Source: an uncultured archaeon
Lineage (GTDB): Archaea > Hadarchaeota > Hadarchaeia > Hadarchaeales > WYZ-LMO6
Direction: 5' to 3'
DNA: 64,000 bases
NCBI GenBank assembly: GCA_938074535.1
Contig: CALJER010000015.1
Span: forward strand, 1,544 to 65,543
Position 1 is the stretch's first letter. The number at the start of each line of letters is the position of its first letter. A program made the translations under genes and the position numbers. Below are positions 27,784 to 36,880 of the stretch, piece by piece. The notes under the pieces were generated by a model, which saw nothing but the letters and a program-made list of their open reading frames with translations, was not told the origin of the DNA and did no database searches.

Positions 27784-29003
27784 CAGCCGTCCCCCTTGAG
27801 GACTTTCACGGCTCTCTCCCTGTCCTCCCATCTGAAGAAGAAGCTTATGGAAGCCCTGCTCGAGAGGATCTCCACGATGTTTATTCCCTCCCTGGCGAGG
27901 GGGGACGTGAGCTTGGCGATCATCCCGGGTGTGTCTATGAACTCCTCGCTCTCCACCACCACCATGGCCAGGTTCTCCTCGCTGGTCACGGACTTCATCA
28001 CCCTGCTTTTCTTCACCTGCCGGTGCACCAGCTCCACGGCTTTCCTCAGGTCCTTTTGCCACACGTAGAGGGAGAAGGACCTTGGTCCTATGGAGACTCC
28101 CAGGATGTTCAGGCCCCTCCTGCTGAGGGGTGAGATGGCCTGCAGGAGCACACCGGGGGTCCGCTGCATTCCCTCCCCCACCACCGTGAGCATGCCGATG
28201 GGCTCCTCGTGCAGGGTTACCTCCATTTTATCGCTTCCCAGGATCCCCCCTTTGATGGTGGTTCCCGGAGCAGATAAATCCCCATGCCTGAAGTGGATGA
28301 CTTTGGCGTCCATCTGGGGGAGCTTGTAGTTCATGGCGGCAGGGTGCATTACCCTGGCCCCGAACCTGCCCAGCTCCCTCAGCTCCAGCGCGGTGAGGGA
28401 GTCCAGCAGCCTGGCGTCCCTGAACTCGTTGACGTCGGCCGTCATCACTCCCTCCACATCGGTGACGATGATCACCTCGGAGGCGTTCAGGTATTTGCCC
28501 AGGATGAAGGCGGTCGTGTCGCTTCCCCCTCTTCCCAGGGTGGTGACCTCCCCCTTGAGGTTTCTTCCCAGGAAGCCGCATACCACCGGGACCGCCCTTT
28601 CCCTGAGCATGGGCTCCAGGTACCTCTTCACCCTCTCTTCAGTTCTCCTCTCGTCCACCTTGGCCCTGGAGAAGGAGGAGTCCGTGATGATGGGCCACTC
28701 CCTCATGCCCGGGTCTATGGCCCTGGCCTTCACCCCCAGGCTGCGCAGGGCGGCGGCGAAGATCCTGGCGCTGGTCCTCTCCCCCATGGCCAGGATGTCG
28801 TCCAGGTCCCTGGCCTGGAGGTTGCCTCCCGAGGCCTCCCTCGCCGCCTCCAGCAGCTCATCGGTGGTGTGCCCCATGGCCGAGACGACTACCGCCACCT
28901 GCGTGCCCTTCCTCCATTCCTTCCTCACGGAGCTGGCCGCCAGCCTGATCCTCTCCCCGTTTCCCAGGGAGGTACCGCCGAACTTCACCACTATTCTCCT
29001 CAT
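27783..29003 (-). CDS. lysC: Aspartate kinase with C-terminal ACT domains.
   Basis: VVKFGGTSLG N-terminal kinase motif and C-terminal ACT region. Stop overlaps dapA start (ATGA). Confidence 0.85.
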   Translation of the reverse strand: MRRIVVKFGGTSLGNGERIRLAASSVRKEWRKGTQVAVVVSAMGHTTDELLEAAREASGGNLQARDLDDILAMGERTSARIFAAALRSLGVKARAIDPGMREWPIITDSSFSRAKVDERRTEERVKRYLEPMLRERAVPVVCGFLGRNLKGEVTTLGRGGSDTTAFILGKYLNASEVIIVTDVEGVMTADVNEFRDARLLDSLTALELRELGRFGARVMHPAAMNYKLPQMDAKVIHFRHGDLSAPGTTIKGGILGSDKMEVTLHEEPIGMLTVVGEGMQRTPGVLLQAISPLSRRGLNILGVSIGPRSFSLYVWQKDLRKAVELVHRQVKKSRVMKSVTSEENLAMVVVESEEFIDTPGMIAKLTSPLAREGINIVEILSSRASISFFFRWEDRERAVKVLKGDG

Positions 29004-30295
29004 CACAACCAGCTCGGGAGGGTGTCGTACCTCCATATGTCCTCGCAGCTTTCCCTCTTCCTTATCACTTCAGCCTTTTCTCCCTTCACCATCACCACCG
29101 CCGCTCTGGGCCTGGAGTTGTACTGGTTGGCCATGGTGAGGGTGTAGGCCCCGGCATTGAAGACCACCAGCAGGTCTCCTCTCCTCACGGGCGGCAGCCT
29201 CCTCCCCCTTCCTATCACATCCCCCGCCTGGCAGAGCGGCCCGCCCACGTTGACCACCTCCCCGCCTCCTTCCCCCCTTCTGTCCGCCAGCTCCATGTGG
29301 TAGTAGGTGCCCATGAGGGCAGGACGCAGGAGGAGGTTGGTCCCCCCGTCCACGCAGATCCAGGTGGCCCCGCCCTTCCTGGGCTTCACATACTCCACCC
29401 TGAGCAGGAGGAGACCCGCATCGCCCACGAGATACCTCCCGGGCTCCAGCACCAGGGTGAAAGGCTTTCCCCCCTCCGCGTGCTCCTCGAGGATCGGAAC
29501 CACCCTGGAGGCCAGGTCCTCAGGTGAGGGTCCCCTCTCCCCGGGTCTCTCCGGCACTCCCAGCCCCCCTCCCACATCCACGAACTCCAGCTCCAGCCCC
29601 AGCTCCCTCTTCAGAAGCCCGGCGAACTCCATCACCTTCCTCGTCCCTTCCTCGAAGGGCCGGAGGTCCAGGAGCTGAGAGCCCAGGTGGAAGTGGATGC
29701 CCTTCACCCTCAGCCCCACCTCCAGCGCCTTCCTGAAGCCCTCCAGGGCCTCTCCCGTCTCCAGCTCCAGGCCGAACTTGCTGTCCTTCACCCCCGTGGC
29801 TATGTAGGGATGGGTGGGGACCTCTATCCCCGGGTTCACCCTCAGCCCCACCTCCGCCTCCTTTCCGAGCCTGCCCGCTACCTCCCCCACCACCTCCACC
29901 TCCTCCAGGCTATCCAGGTTGATCTTCACTCCCTTCTCCACCGCCAGCTCTATCTCCGCCTCGCTCTTGGCGTTTCCGTTGAAGAAGATTCGTTCGGGTG
30001 GCACCCCCACCTTCAGGGCTGCCCTCAGCTCGCCCTCCGAGACCACCTCGGCCCCCGCGCCCTCCTGCTGCAGCACCCTGCACACGGCCAGAGCGGAGTT
30101 GGCCTTGTAGGCGTAGGCCACCACCACTCTCTCCCACCTGCTGGAGAAGGCCTGCCTGAAGCGCCTGTAGTTCTCTCTTATCCGGTCCTCATCCAGCACG
30201 AAGAGAGGGGTCCCGAACCTCTCCGCCAGCTCCGAAACCCTCAGCCCGCCGGCTCTGAGGTGCCCTTCTTCGTCCAGCCGGAAGCCCCCGAACAT
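29003..30295 (-). CDS. lysA: Diaminopimelate decarboxylase.
   Basis: PLP fold-III decarboxylase (YAYKANSALAV...HLGSQ...EPGRYLV). ATG at 30295 chosen. DAP-pathway lysine operon lysA-lysC-dapA. Confidence 0.9.
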   Translation of the reverse strand: MFGGFRLDEEGHLRAGGLRVSELAERFGTPLFVLDEDRIRENYRRFRQAFSSRWERVVVAYAYKANSALAVCRVLQQEGAGAEVVSEGELRAALKVGVPPERIFFNGNAKSEAEIELAVEKGVKINLDSLEEVEVVGEVAGRLGKEAEVGLRVNPGIEVPTHPYIATGVKDSKFGLELETGEALEGFRKALEVGLRVKGIHFHLGSQLLDLRPFEEGTRKVMEFAGLLKRELGLELEFVDVGGGLGVPERPGERGPSPEDLASRVVPILEEHAEGGKPFTLVLEPGRYLVGDAGLLLLRVEYVKPRKGGATWICVDGGTNLLLRPALMGTYYHMELADRRGEGGGEVVNVGGPLCQAGDVIGRGRRLPPVRRGDLLVVFNAGAYTLTMANQYNSRPRAAVVMVKGEKAEVIRKRESCEDIWRYDTLPSWL

Positions 30296-30384
30296 CCAAG
30301 CTCCTCTTTTCCCCTCCCTCTTAACCCTTATCGCCCAGGCCCGGGCCGGAAAATTTTTAGGCTTGGGGAAAAAAACTGCCACGT

Positions 30385-31485
30385 TTGATAAGGACCGAGC
30401 TGTGCGAGAAGCTGGGGATCAAGTACCCCATCATCCAGGCCGGGATGGGGCCCTTCGGCACCAACAGGCTTGCCATCGCCTCCGCGAACGCGGGCGTCCT
30501 GGGGCTGATAAGCGCCAGCGCTCTGGAATTCAAGTTCATGTCCGAGGACACCTACGAGATGTTCAAGAGGACCTTCGAGCCGGGGATAGAGGGACCCACG
30601 CCCGCCGAAACCCTCAAGAACATCTTCAGGCGCACGCTGGAGAGGACCAGGGAAGCCGGGGGGATCTTCGGGCTCAACGTGATGGTTTCGGAGGAGGTGA
30701 GGGAGCCGGCGGAGGAGATGATCAAAGCCACCATCGAGGTGAGGGAGGAGGACCCGGAGATGAGGAGGAGGCTGAAGGTGCTGGTCACCTCGGCCGGGAA
30801 CCCGGTCCCCTGGAGGGACCTGCTGAAGTCCACCGACCTCTTCTGGATGCACGTGGTTCCCTCCGTGAGGGCGGCCAGGAAGTGCGTGGAGGCGGGGGTG
30901 GACGGGATCATAGCTTCCGGGCACGAGGGGGGTTTCCACGTGGCCTGGGAGCCCCTGCACACCATGACCCTCCTGCCGGCCGTGGTGGAGGCCTGCCCGG
31001 GGGTGCCGGTGGTGGGTGCCGGGGGCTTCTGCGACGGGAAGACGCTGGTGGCGGCCCTGGCCCTGGGGGCCCAGGGGGTGCAGATGGGCACCAGATTCCT
31101 CTGCACGCAGGAGAGCGACTTCGTGGACCTCTGGAAGGAGAGCATCCTGAAGGCGGGTGACAGGGGAACCGTGGTGGCGAGGGGGATCGTGGGGCCGGCC
31201 AGGTACATCAGGACGCCCTTCTCCGAGGAGATGGTGGAGGTGACGGTGAGGCACTCCCCGGGGGTTTACACCGGAAAGCCGGACGACCTCACCACCGTGC
31301 CCGTGGAGGTTCTCATGAAGGAAATGGAGGGTTTCTCGGCCACCTACGCCGGGGACAGGGAGAGGGCCCTGACCGCCGGGGGGGAGTGCGCCCAGAGGAT
31401 CAACGACCTCCCCACCGTGAAGGAGCTGGTGGAAAGGATCATGAGGGAGGCCGAGGAAACCCTGGAAAAGCTGAAAAAGCTTTAG
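30385..31485 (+). CDS. Nitronate monooxygenase / 2-nitropropane dioxygenase-like FMN oxidoreductase (FabK-like).
   Basis: YPIIQAGMGPFG N-terminus and TIM-barrel FMN motifs (GASGHEGG...). Confidence 0.8.
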   Translation: MIRTELCEKLGIKYPIIQAGMGPFGTNRLAIASANAGVLGLISASALEFKFMSEDTYEMFKRTFEPGIEGPTPAETLKNIFRRTLERTREAGGIFGLNVMVSEEVREPAEEMIKATIEVREEDPEMRRRLKVLVTSAGNPVPWRDLLKSTDLFWMHVVPSVRAARKCVEAGVDGIIASGHEGGFHVAWEPLHTMTLLPAVVEACPGVPVVGAGGFCDGKTLVAALALGAQGVQMGTRFLCTQESDFVDLWKESILKAGDRGTVVARGIVGPARYIRTPFSEEMVEVTVRHSPGVYTGKPDDLTTVPVEVLMKEMEGFSATYAGDRERALTAGGECAQRINDLPTVKELVERIMREAEETLEKLKKL

Positions 31486-31489
31486 CCCC

Positions 31490-31969
31490 TCAGAGATAGC
31501 CCGTGTTCCCCTCCCAGACGCGGTAGGAGTTGTCGGTCAGGGTGAGGTGGACCTTTACGTAGTACTGTTGCCCCCTCTGCGGGTGGGTCCCGCCCTGGAG
31601 GGTCCACTTCGCCGCATCCTCCTTCAGCACGAGCTTATGGTTTTCGGGAGAGGGAAGGCCGCCGAACTTGACTTCGAAGACCTTCACCAACCCTACGCCG
31701 TCCCCCTTATCTATATCCACCGACCACGCCTTCACCCCACGGCCGCCGCTGGTGATCTCCACCACTATTGCGAAGTCGTAGGGTGAGACATTTCCCATGA
31801 AGTCAACCCAGTCGTCGAAGTAAACCCTGTCCACCGAGAAATAGTCCGGGGATAAACCTGGAGGGGCCCCCTGTCCCCCCTGTCCTTCCCCCCTCGAGCG
31901 CAGGACCGCTATGGAGGAGGCGGCTATCACCACCACCAGGAGGACCAGAAGAGCTCCCCAGTACCTCAT
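31490..31969 (-). CDS. Hypothetical secreted/membrane-anchored protein with N-terminal signal/TM segment.
   Basis: MRYWGALLVLLVVVIAASSIAVL hydrophobic N-terminus. Confidence 0.5.
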   Translation of the reverse strand: MRYWGALLVLLVVVIAASSIAVLRSRGEGQGGQGAPPGLSPDYFSVDRVYFDDWVDFMGNVSPYDFAIVVEITSGGRGVKAWSVDIDKGDGVGLVKVFEVKFGGLPSPENHKLVLKEDAAKWTLQGGTHPQRGQQYYVKVHLTLTDNSYRVWEGNTGYL

Positions 31970-31999
31970 CCTTTTAGCTTTTCCCCCATTTTTTTAAGC

Positions 32000-33181
32000 T
32001 TGACGGGTAAGGAGGAGGGGTCCCGCGTGAAGGTGAAGGACCTGATGTCGGGGGAGTTCCAGACCATAGGGGAGGAGGAGTTCCTCTCCAGGGCGGTGGG
32101 GATGTTCAGGGAAGGTGCGGTGAAGCCGGGAGGGGCTCTGCTGGTGGTGGACGGGAAGGGAAGGTGCAGGGGGGTGCTCACGGAGCGCATGATCGTCAGG
32201 TCCAGGCTTGACCCCAGCAGGACCAAGGTGAAGGCGGTCTACCGCCCCTCCCCTTCCCTCTCACCCGAAGAAGGGGCGGAGGAGGCGGCGAGGCTGATGG
32301 TGGAGAACGACCTGAAGCACCTCCCGGTGGTGGAGGGGGAAAAGGTGGTGGGGGTGGTGACCGACATGGCCCTCCTGCAGAGAATGGTGGAGGGCGAGGA
32401 TGGTTCGAGGCCCGTGAGGGAGGTGGCCACCAGGGAGGTGAGGACGATAGACGAGAACGAGTCCCTGGCCACGGCCCTGGCGGTGATGAGGGAGGAGGGT
32501 GTGTCCAGGCTTCCCGTCACCAGGAGGGGAAAGCCCGTGGGCATCATCACCATGCACGACCTGGTGGTGCGCGTGATAAGACCGAAGGACCAGGTGAGGT
32601 TCGGGGATCTGGCGGGGGAGAAGCCCAGGCCCCTCGGCACGCCGGTGAGGGGGCTGATGAGCGAGCCCCTGCTCGGGGTCCGTCCGGACGCCACCCTCAG
32701 GGAGGCGGTGAGGCTGATGGCGGAGAGGAACGTGGCCTCGCTGGCGGTGATGGAGGACGGGAGGCTGGAGGGGATCCTCACGAAGAGCGACCTCCTCTCC
32801 TCGCTGGCCAGGAAGGAAGAGAAAGGGGGGGTCTACCTGCAGCTCTCCCTGGACAGGAGCGCGGTGGACGACCTGGAGTACGAGCGCATGGTATCCGACC
32901 TAAAGGGCTTCGCCAGGAAATACGCCCAGCAGGTGAGGGGAGGGGTGCTCACCGCCCACTTCAAGAGGGTGGGGAGCAGGAGGGGAAGCCAGCCCCTGGT
33001 GAGCTGCAGGCTCACGGTGAGGGGAAAGGAGCAGCTGGTGGGGGTGGGGGAAGGGTGGGGATTCGCGCAGGCCCTCTCCTCCGCCATGGGACACGTGGAG
33101 AGGAGGCTCATGAGGAGCAGGGAGAGGGAGAAGGACCGCAGGCTGGAGGAGAGGCTGCTGGAAAAGTTCGTGTGGGAGTGA
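32000..33181 (+). CDS. CBS-domain protein (four CBS motifs) fused to a C-terminal HPF/RaiA (YfiA)-like ribosome-associated inhibitor domain.
   Basis: Four CBS repeats (..LLVVDGKGRCRGVLTERM.., ..KHLPVVEGEKVVGVVTDMAL.., ..SRLPVTRRGKPVGIITMHDL.., ..ASLAVMEDGRLEGILTKSDL..). C-terminal about 100 aa (VYLQLSLDRSAVDDLEYERMVSDLKGFARKYAQQ...VSCRLTVRGKEQLVGVGEGWGFAQALSSAMGHVERRLMRSRE) follows the HPF beta-alpha-beta-beta-beta-alpha pattern. Confidence 0.75.
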   Translation: MTGKEEGSRVKVKDLMSGEFQTIGEEEFLSRAVGMFREGAVKPGGALLVVDGKGRCRGVLTERMIVRSRLDPSRTKVKAVYRPSPSLSPEEGAEEAARLMVENDLKHLPVVEGEKVVGVVTDMALLQRMVEGEDGSRPVREVATREVRTIDENESLATALAVMREEGVSRLPVTRRGKPVGIITMHDLVVRVIRPKDQVRFGDLAGEKPRPLGTPVRGLMSEPLLGVRPDATLREAVRLMAERNVASLAVMEDGRLEGILTKSDLLSSLARKEEKGGVYLQLSLDRSAVDDLEYERMVSDLKGFARKYAQQVRGGVLTAHFKRVGSRRGSQPLVSCRLTVRGKEQLVGVGEGWGFAQALSSAMGHVERRLMRSREREKDRRLEERLLEKFVWE

Positions 33182-33183
33182 GC

Positions 33184-33993
33184 TCAGCCCAGCCCCTCCA
33201 GCTCCCTCAGCACCTCCAAAGCCTCTTCCCTGCTCTCCGGCAGGACCACCGAGTAGACCTGGCATCCCCTCTTCCCGAACTCCTCCGCCCTCTCCCCCAC
33301 CTCCTGGGCCGTGGCCCAGTCCTGCAGGGAGAAGACGAAGGAGTCCCTCCTCTCCGGGGGCAGGCCCTCCTTGAGGGAGCGGGCCAGCTTTCCGTACTGC
33401 TCCGGGGAGAGGGCGGCGGGGATCCAGCCGGAGCCGTGCCGGAGGGCGAGCTCCAGCATGCGCTTCCCGGTGCTTCCCACCCACAGCGGTGGGTGCGGCC
33501 TCTGCAGGGGCTTGGGCTCCAGGATCCCATCCTCCACGGAGTAGAACTCCCCCCGGAAGTTCACCCTCTCCTCCGTCCACATCCTCACCATGAGCTCCAC
33601 CGCCTCCGAGGTTCTCCTCACCCTCGCACCTGCCCTCTCCCACTGCCCGTAGATCTTGAACTCGTCCGCGTGCCACCCGGCCCCCACCCCCACCACCAGC
33701 CTCCCCCCCGAGAGGTGATCCAGGGAGGAGATCATCTTGGCCAGGAGGGGGGGATGGCGGAGGGGGATGGGGGTCACGCAGGTCCCCAGCTTTATCCTCT
33801 CCGTTTTGCCCGCCAGGTAGGAGAGGAGGGTGTAGGCTTCCAGCGTCCTCTCACCCCCTTGCATGGGCAGGAGGAGGTGATCCCACACCAGGAAGACCTC
33901 CGCTCCTCTCTTCTCGGCCTCCCCGGCCATCTCCGCCGCCAGGGAAGGGTCGGAGTAGCTCCCGTAAGCTGGGTAGATCACCCCGAACCTCAT
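33184..33993 (-). CDS. LLM-family F420-dependent-type oxidoreductase, copy 2.
   Basis: MRFGVIYPAYG..., LGTCVTPIPLRHP, GRLVVGVGAGW motifs. Start placed at the internal Met directly after the HDAC-2 stop. Confidence 0.8.
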   Translation of the reverse strand: MRFGVIYPAYGSYSDPSLAAEMAGEAEKRGAEVFLVWDHLLLPMQGGERTLEAYTLLSYLAGKTERIKLGTCVTPIPLRHPPLLAKMISSLDHLSGGRLVVGVGAGWHADEFKIYGQWERAGARVRRTSEAVELMVRMWTEERVNFRGEFYSVEDGILEPKPLQRPHPPLWVGSTGKRMLELALRHGSGWIPAALSPEQYGKLARSLKEGLPPERRDSFVFSLQDWATAQEVGERAEEFGKRGCQVYSVVLPESREEALEVLRELEGLG

Positions 33994-35060
33994 CCTTTCC
34001 CCACCTCCAGCCCGTGGAGGGGAAAAAGGTTTCTCTTCACCTCCTCCACCACCTCCCTCACCTCCCTCCAGAGGGCGGGCGGTGAGGTCCTTTCCTCGTC
34101 CATCAGCCCCTTCAGTTTCTCCAGCGGAAAGCCGGAGAGGAAGGAGAACATCACGGTCCAGCACCGGCACACGTCGGAGGGGCTGTAGCCCCCTCCCCCC
34201 AGCACCAGGTACCTCCCCCCGCAGAGCTCGTGGGCGAGCCCGTGCATGATCCTGGAGAGCGCCAGGTAGCCGTGGGTGGTGAGGCCCAGCCCCACCAGGG
34301 GGTCCCTGAAGTGCCCGTCGACCCCGAACTGGTGGATGAGGACCTCGGGACGGTAGGCCCTCAGGAGGGGAGGGACCACCTCCTCGAAGGCGAAGAGGTA
34401 GGCGTCGTCGGAGGTCCCTCCAGGAAGGGGTATGTTCACGGAGTATCCCCTCCCCTCACCCTCCCCCACCTCCCAGGGGTAGCCCGTCCCTGGGTAGATC
34501 CCCTCCCTGTGCAGGGAAATCTTGAGCACGGGCTCCCTGTAGAGGAGGTCCTGGGTTCCGTCCCCGTGATGCCCGTCCGTGTCCACCACGGCAATCCTCT
34601 TCACACCTTTCCTCTGGAGGTACCTCACGCAGAGGACCACATCGTTGAACACGCAGAAGCCCGCCGCGTGCTCGCTGCCGGCGTGGTGCAGCCCCCCTCC
34701 CGGGTTGAAGGCGTGTTCCGCTTCCCCTGCCAGCACCAGCTCGGCCCCCTTGAGGGAGCCCCCCACCACCCAGAGGGAGCCCTCGTAGAGCTCCTTCGTG
34801 GCGGGGGTGTCACCGTAATCCAGGAAGCCCGTCCCCCTCTCGCTCATCCTCTTCACGAAGTCCACGTATTCCTTGGAGTGGACCATCAGGAGGTCCTCCT
34901 CGCCGGCCGGCTCGGGCTCCACCAGCCTCGCGTACTCCCCTATCACCCCCAGCTCCCTCAACTTCTCCACGGTCCTCCTTTCCCTCTCAGGCTGGAAGGG
35001 ATGGCGGGGACCGAAGTGGTACTTCAGGTACCCCTCCGAGTAGACCAGGATGCTCCTCAT
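33990..35060 (-). CDS. Histone deacetylase superfamily protein (AcuC-like), copy 2.
   Basis: GGGLHHAGSEHAAGFCVFND, DTDGHHGDGTQ, FGVDGHFRD motifs. ATG 35060; co-directional with and abutting the LLM-2 gene. Confidence 0.85.
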   Translation of the reverse strand: MRSILVYSEGYLKYHFGPRHPFQPERERRTVEKLRELGVIGEYARLVEPEPAGEEDLLMVHSKEYVDFVKRMSERGTGFLDYGDTPATKELYEGSLWVVGGSLKGAELVLAGEAEHAFNPGGGLHHAGSEHAAGFCVFNDVVLCVRYLQRKGVKRIAVVDTDGHHGDGTQDLLYREPVLKISLHREGIYPGTGYPWEVGEGEGRGYSVNIPLPGGTSDDAYLFAFEEVVPPLLRAYRPEVLIHQFGVDGHFRDPLVGLGLTTHGYLALSRIMHGLAHELCGGRYLVLGGGGYSPSDVCRCWTVMFSFLSGFPLEKLKGLMDEERTSPPALWREVREVVEEVKRNLFPLHGLEVGKG

Positions 35061-35118
35061 CCTCAGCTCCTTTCCTTGGCTCGGAAAAAGCTTAACCTCC
35101 CACGCCGGAAGTTCTTCG

Positions 35119-36306
35119 GTGGAGGCGGACTTCAGCAGGAAGGAACTGGAGAACGGCATGACGGTTCTGGTGGAGCGCAGGCAGCTCCCCCTCTTCTCCT
35201 GCGTGCTGGCCGTCAGGGCGGGTGCAGCCCATGAGCCTGAGAGGGAGAAGGGGGTGGCCCACTACCTGGAGCACTGCCTCTTCCAGGGGACGGAGACCCG
35301 CTCCTCCGAGGAGCTCTCTGCCGCGGTGGAGAAGAGGGGAGGCACGCTCAACGGGTTCACCGCCGAGGAGCTCACGGCCTTCTGGCTGAGGCTCCCCTCG
35401 CAGCACCTGGAGCTCGGGCTGGAGCTGCTGGGGGACATGCTCTTCCATCCGGCTTTTCAGGAGGAGAGACTGGAGAAGGAGAAGAGGGTGGTGCTTGAAG
35501 AGGTGAAAATGGTTCACGACAATCCCAGGTCCCACGTGCTGAGTAGGATCAAGTCCCTTCTTTACGAGAGGCCCTTCGGGGTGGAGGTTCTGGGGGAGAT
35601 GGAGACGGTGAGGAAGCTCTCCAGGGCCTCGCTCCTGAGCTTCCTGGGGAACTACAACCGGCCCATCCTCTCGGTGGTGGGCAAGGTGGACCCGGAGGAG
35701 GTGGTGGAGATGGCCAGAAGGTATCTCCCCTTTCCCAAGAGGCCTGAGCCGGGGATCAGGGTGAGGAGGAGGAGGGGGGGGAGGGTGGAGAGGAGGAAGG
35801 AACTCAGGCAGGCCCACCTGGTGCTGGGCTTCCATACCCCCACCCTCAGGGACAGGAGGAGGTATGCCCTTCAGTCCTTTCTGGCGGTGCTGGCGGAGGG
35901 GGCCTCCTCCAGGCTCTTCCAGGAGATCAGGGACAGGAGGGGGCTGGCCTACGAGGTGTCCGCCCACCTCAACCTGGGGAGGAGCTACGGCTACGCGGCC
36001 CTCTACGCCGGGACGGAGCCCGGGAAGGTGGAGGAGGTGAAGGGGCTCATGCTCTCGGAGATAAAGAAGATGCGCGAGCTCGACCGGAAGGAACTGGAGG
36101 AGGCCAAGGAGCAGCTCATAGGCCAGTACAGACTGATGGCTGAGAACAGCTACAGGGTGGCCCTCGCCCTGGTCTACGAGGAGCTGGCCGGATCGGCGGA
36201 GGAGTTCTACAGGTACGAGGAGAGAGTCTCCGGGCTGACCCTGGAGGAAGTGAGGGGGCTGGGGAGGCTCGGGGATTACTCTTTTTTCCTCCTCCTCCCA
36301 GGGTGA
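35119..36306 (+). CDS. M16-family zinc metallopeptidase (insulinase/pitrilysin-like).
   Basis: HYLEHCLFQGTE inverted zincin HxxEH motif. Start uncertain (GTG 35119 or ATG 35158); the listed 35050 start would overlap the divergent HDAC gene. Confidence 0.8.
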   Translation: MEADFSRKELENGMTVLVERRQLPLFSCVLAVRAGAAHEPEREKGVAHYLEHCLFQGTETRSSEELSAAVEKRGGTLNGFTAEELTAFWLRLPSQHLELGLELLGDMLFHPAFQEERLEKEKRVVLEEVKMVHDNPRSHVLSRIKSLLYERPFGVEVLGEMETVRKLSRASLLSFLGNYNRPILSVVGKVDPEEVVEMARRYLPFPKRPEPGIRVRRRRGGRVERRKELRQAHLVLGFHTPTLRDRRRYALQSFLAVLAEGASSRLFQEIRDRRGLAYEVSAHLNLGRSYGYAALYAGTEPGKVEEVKGLMLSEIKKMRELDRKELEEAKEQLIGQYRLMAENSYRVALALVYEELAGSAEEFYRYEERVSGLTLEEVRGLGRLGDYSFFLLLPG

Positions 36307-36310
36307 AGGA

Positions 36311-36880
36311 ATGAGGGAGCTGCTTTCCGTCTACCTCTCCACCTGGGTGCTGGGTCCTGTGGGGGGTACGGCGTGCGCCTCCCTGGAGGGCTTCCAGCCG
36401 GGGGAGATCCTCCTCCTCGTCACCCTCAGCAATGCCCTCATCGCTCTTTTCTGGCTGCTGGTGGCGGAGGTCCTCTTTCGCAGATGGGGGAGCATCCTCC
36501 CCCTGCTCGGGAGGGAGAAGAGGGGAGCGCTCGCCCTCACCAGCCTGGGTTTGCTGGCGTTCTCCCTTGGTTCGATGGTGGCCGTGATGACCGCCTACGC
36601 ACTGGGAGTGGGGAGGAAGGCCTTTCCCCTCATCGCCCCCTGCGCGGTGGGAAGCGGCGCCCTCTGGACCATGGGTGCCCTGGGTCTCCTCACCTTTCTC
36701 CCCCCCCTCTGGCTCTACCTGGCCGCCCTGGCGGCCACCCTCCTCCTCGTCTCCACCAGGGTTTACTGCAGGAGGGAACTCCTCAGGCAGGTCCTCAGGA
36801 GCCGGAGAAAGGGGCGGCCCGGAGTGATGCCTGGGGACCGAGAGCTGGGAAGTAAGGCGGGGTTACGAAGGGTTCGCTAA
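36311..36880 (+). CDS. Hypothetical integral membrane protein (5-6 TM).
   Basis: 189 aa, multiple hydrophobic helices; no motif recognised. Confidence 0.45.
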   Translation: MRELLSVYLSTWVLGPVGGTACASLEGFQPGEILLLVTLSNALIALFWLLVAEVLFRRWGSILPLLGREKRGALALTSLGLLAFSLGSMVAVMTAYALGVGRKAFPLIAPCAVGSGALWTMGALGLLTFLPPLWLYLAALAATLLLVSTRVYCRRELLRQVLRSRRKGRPGVMPGDRELGSKAGLRRVR

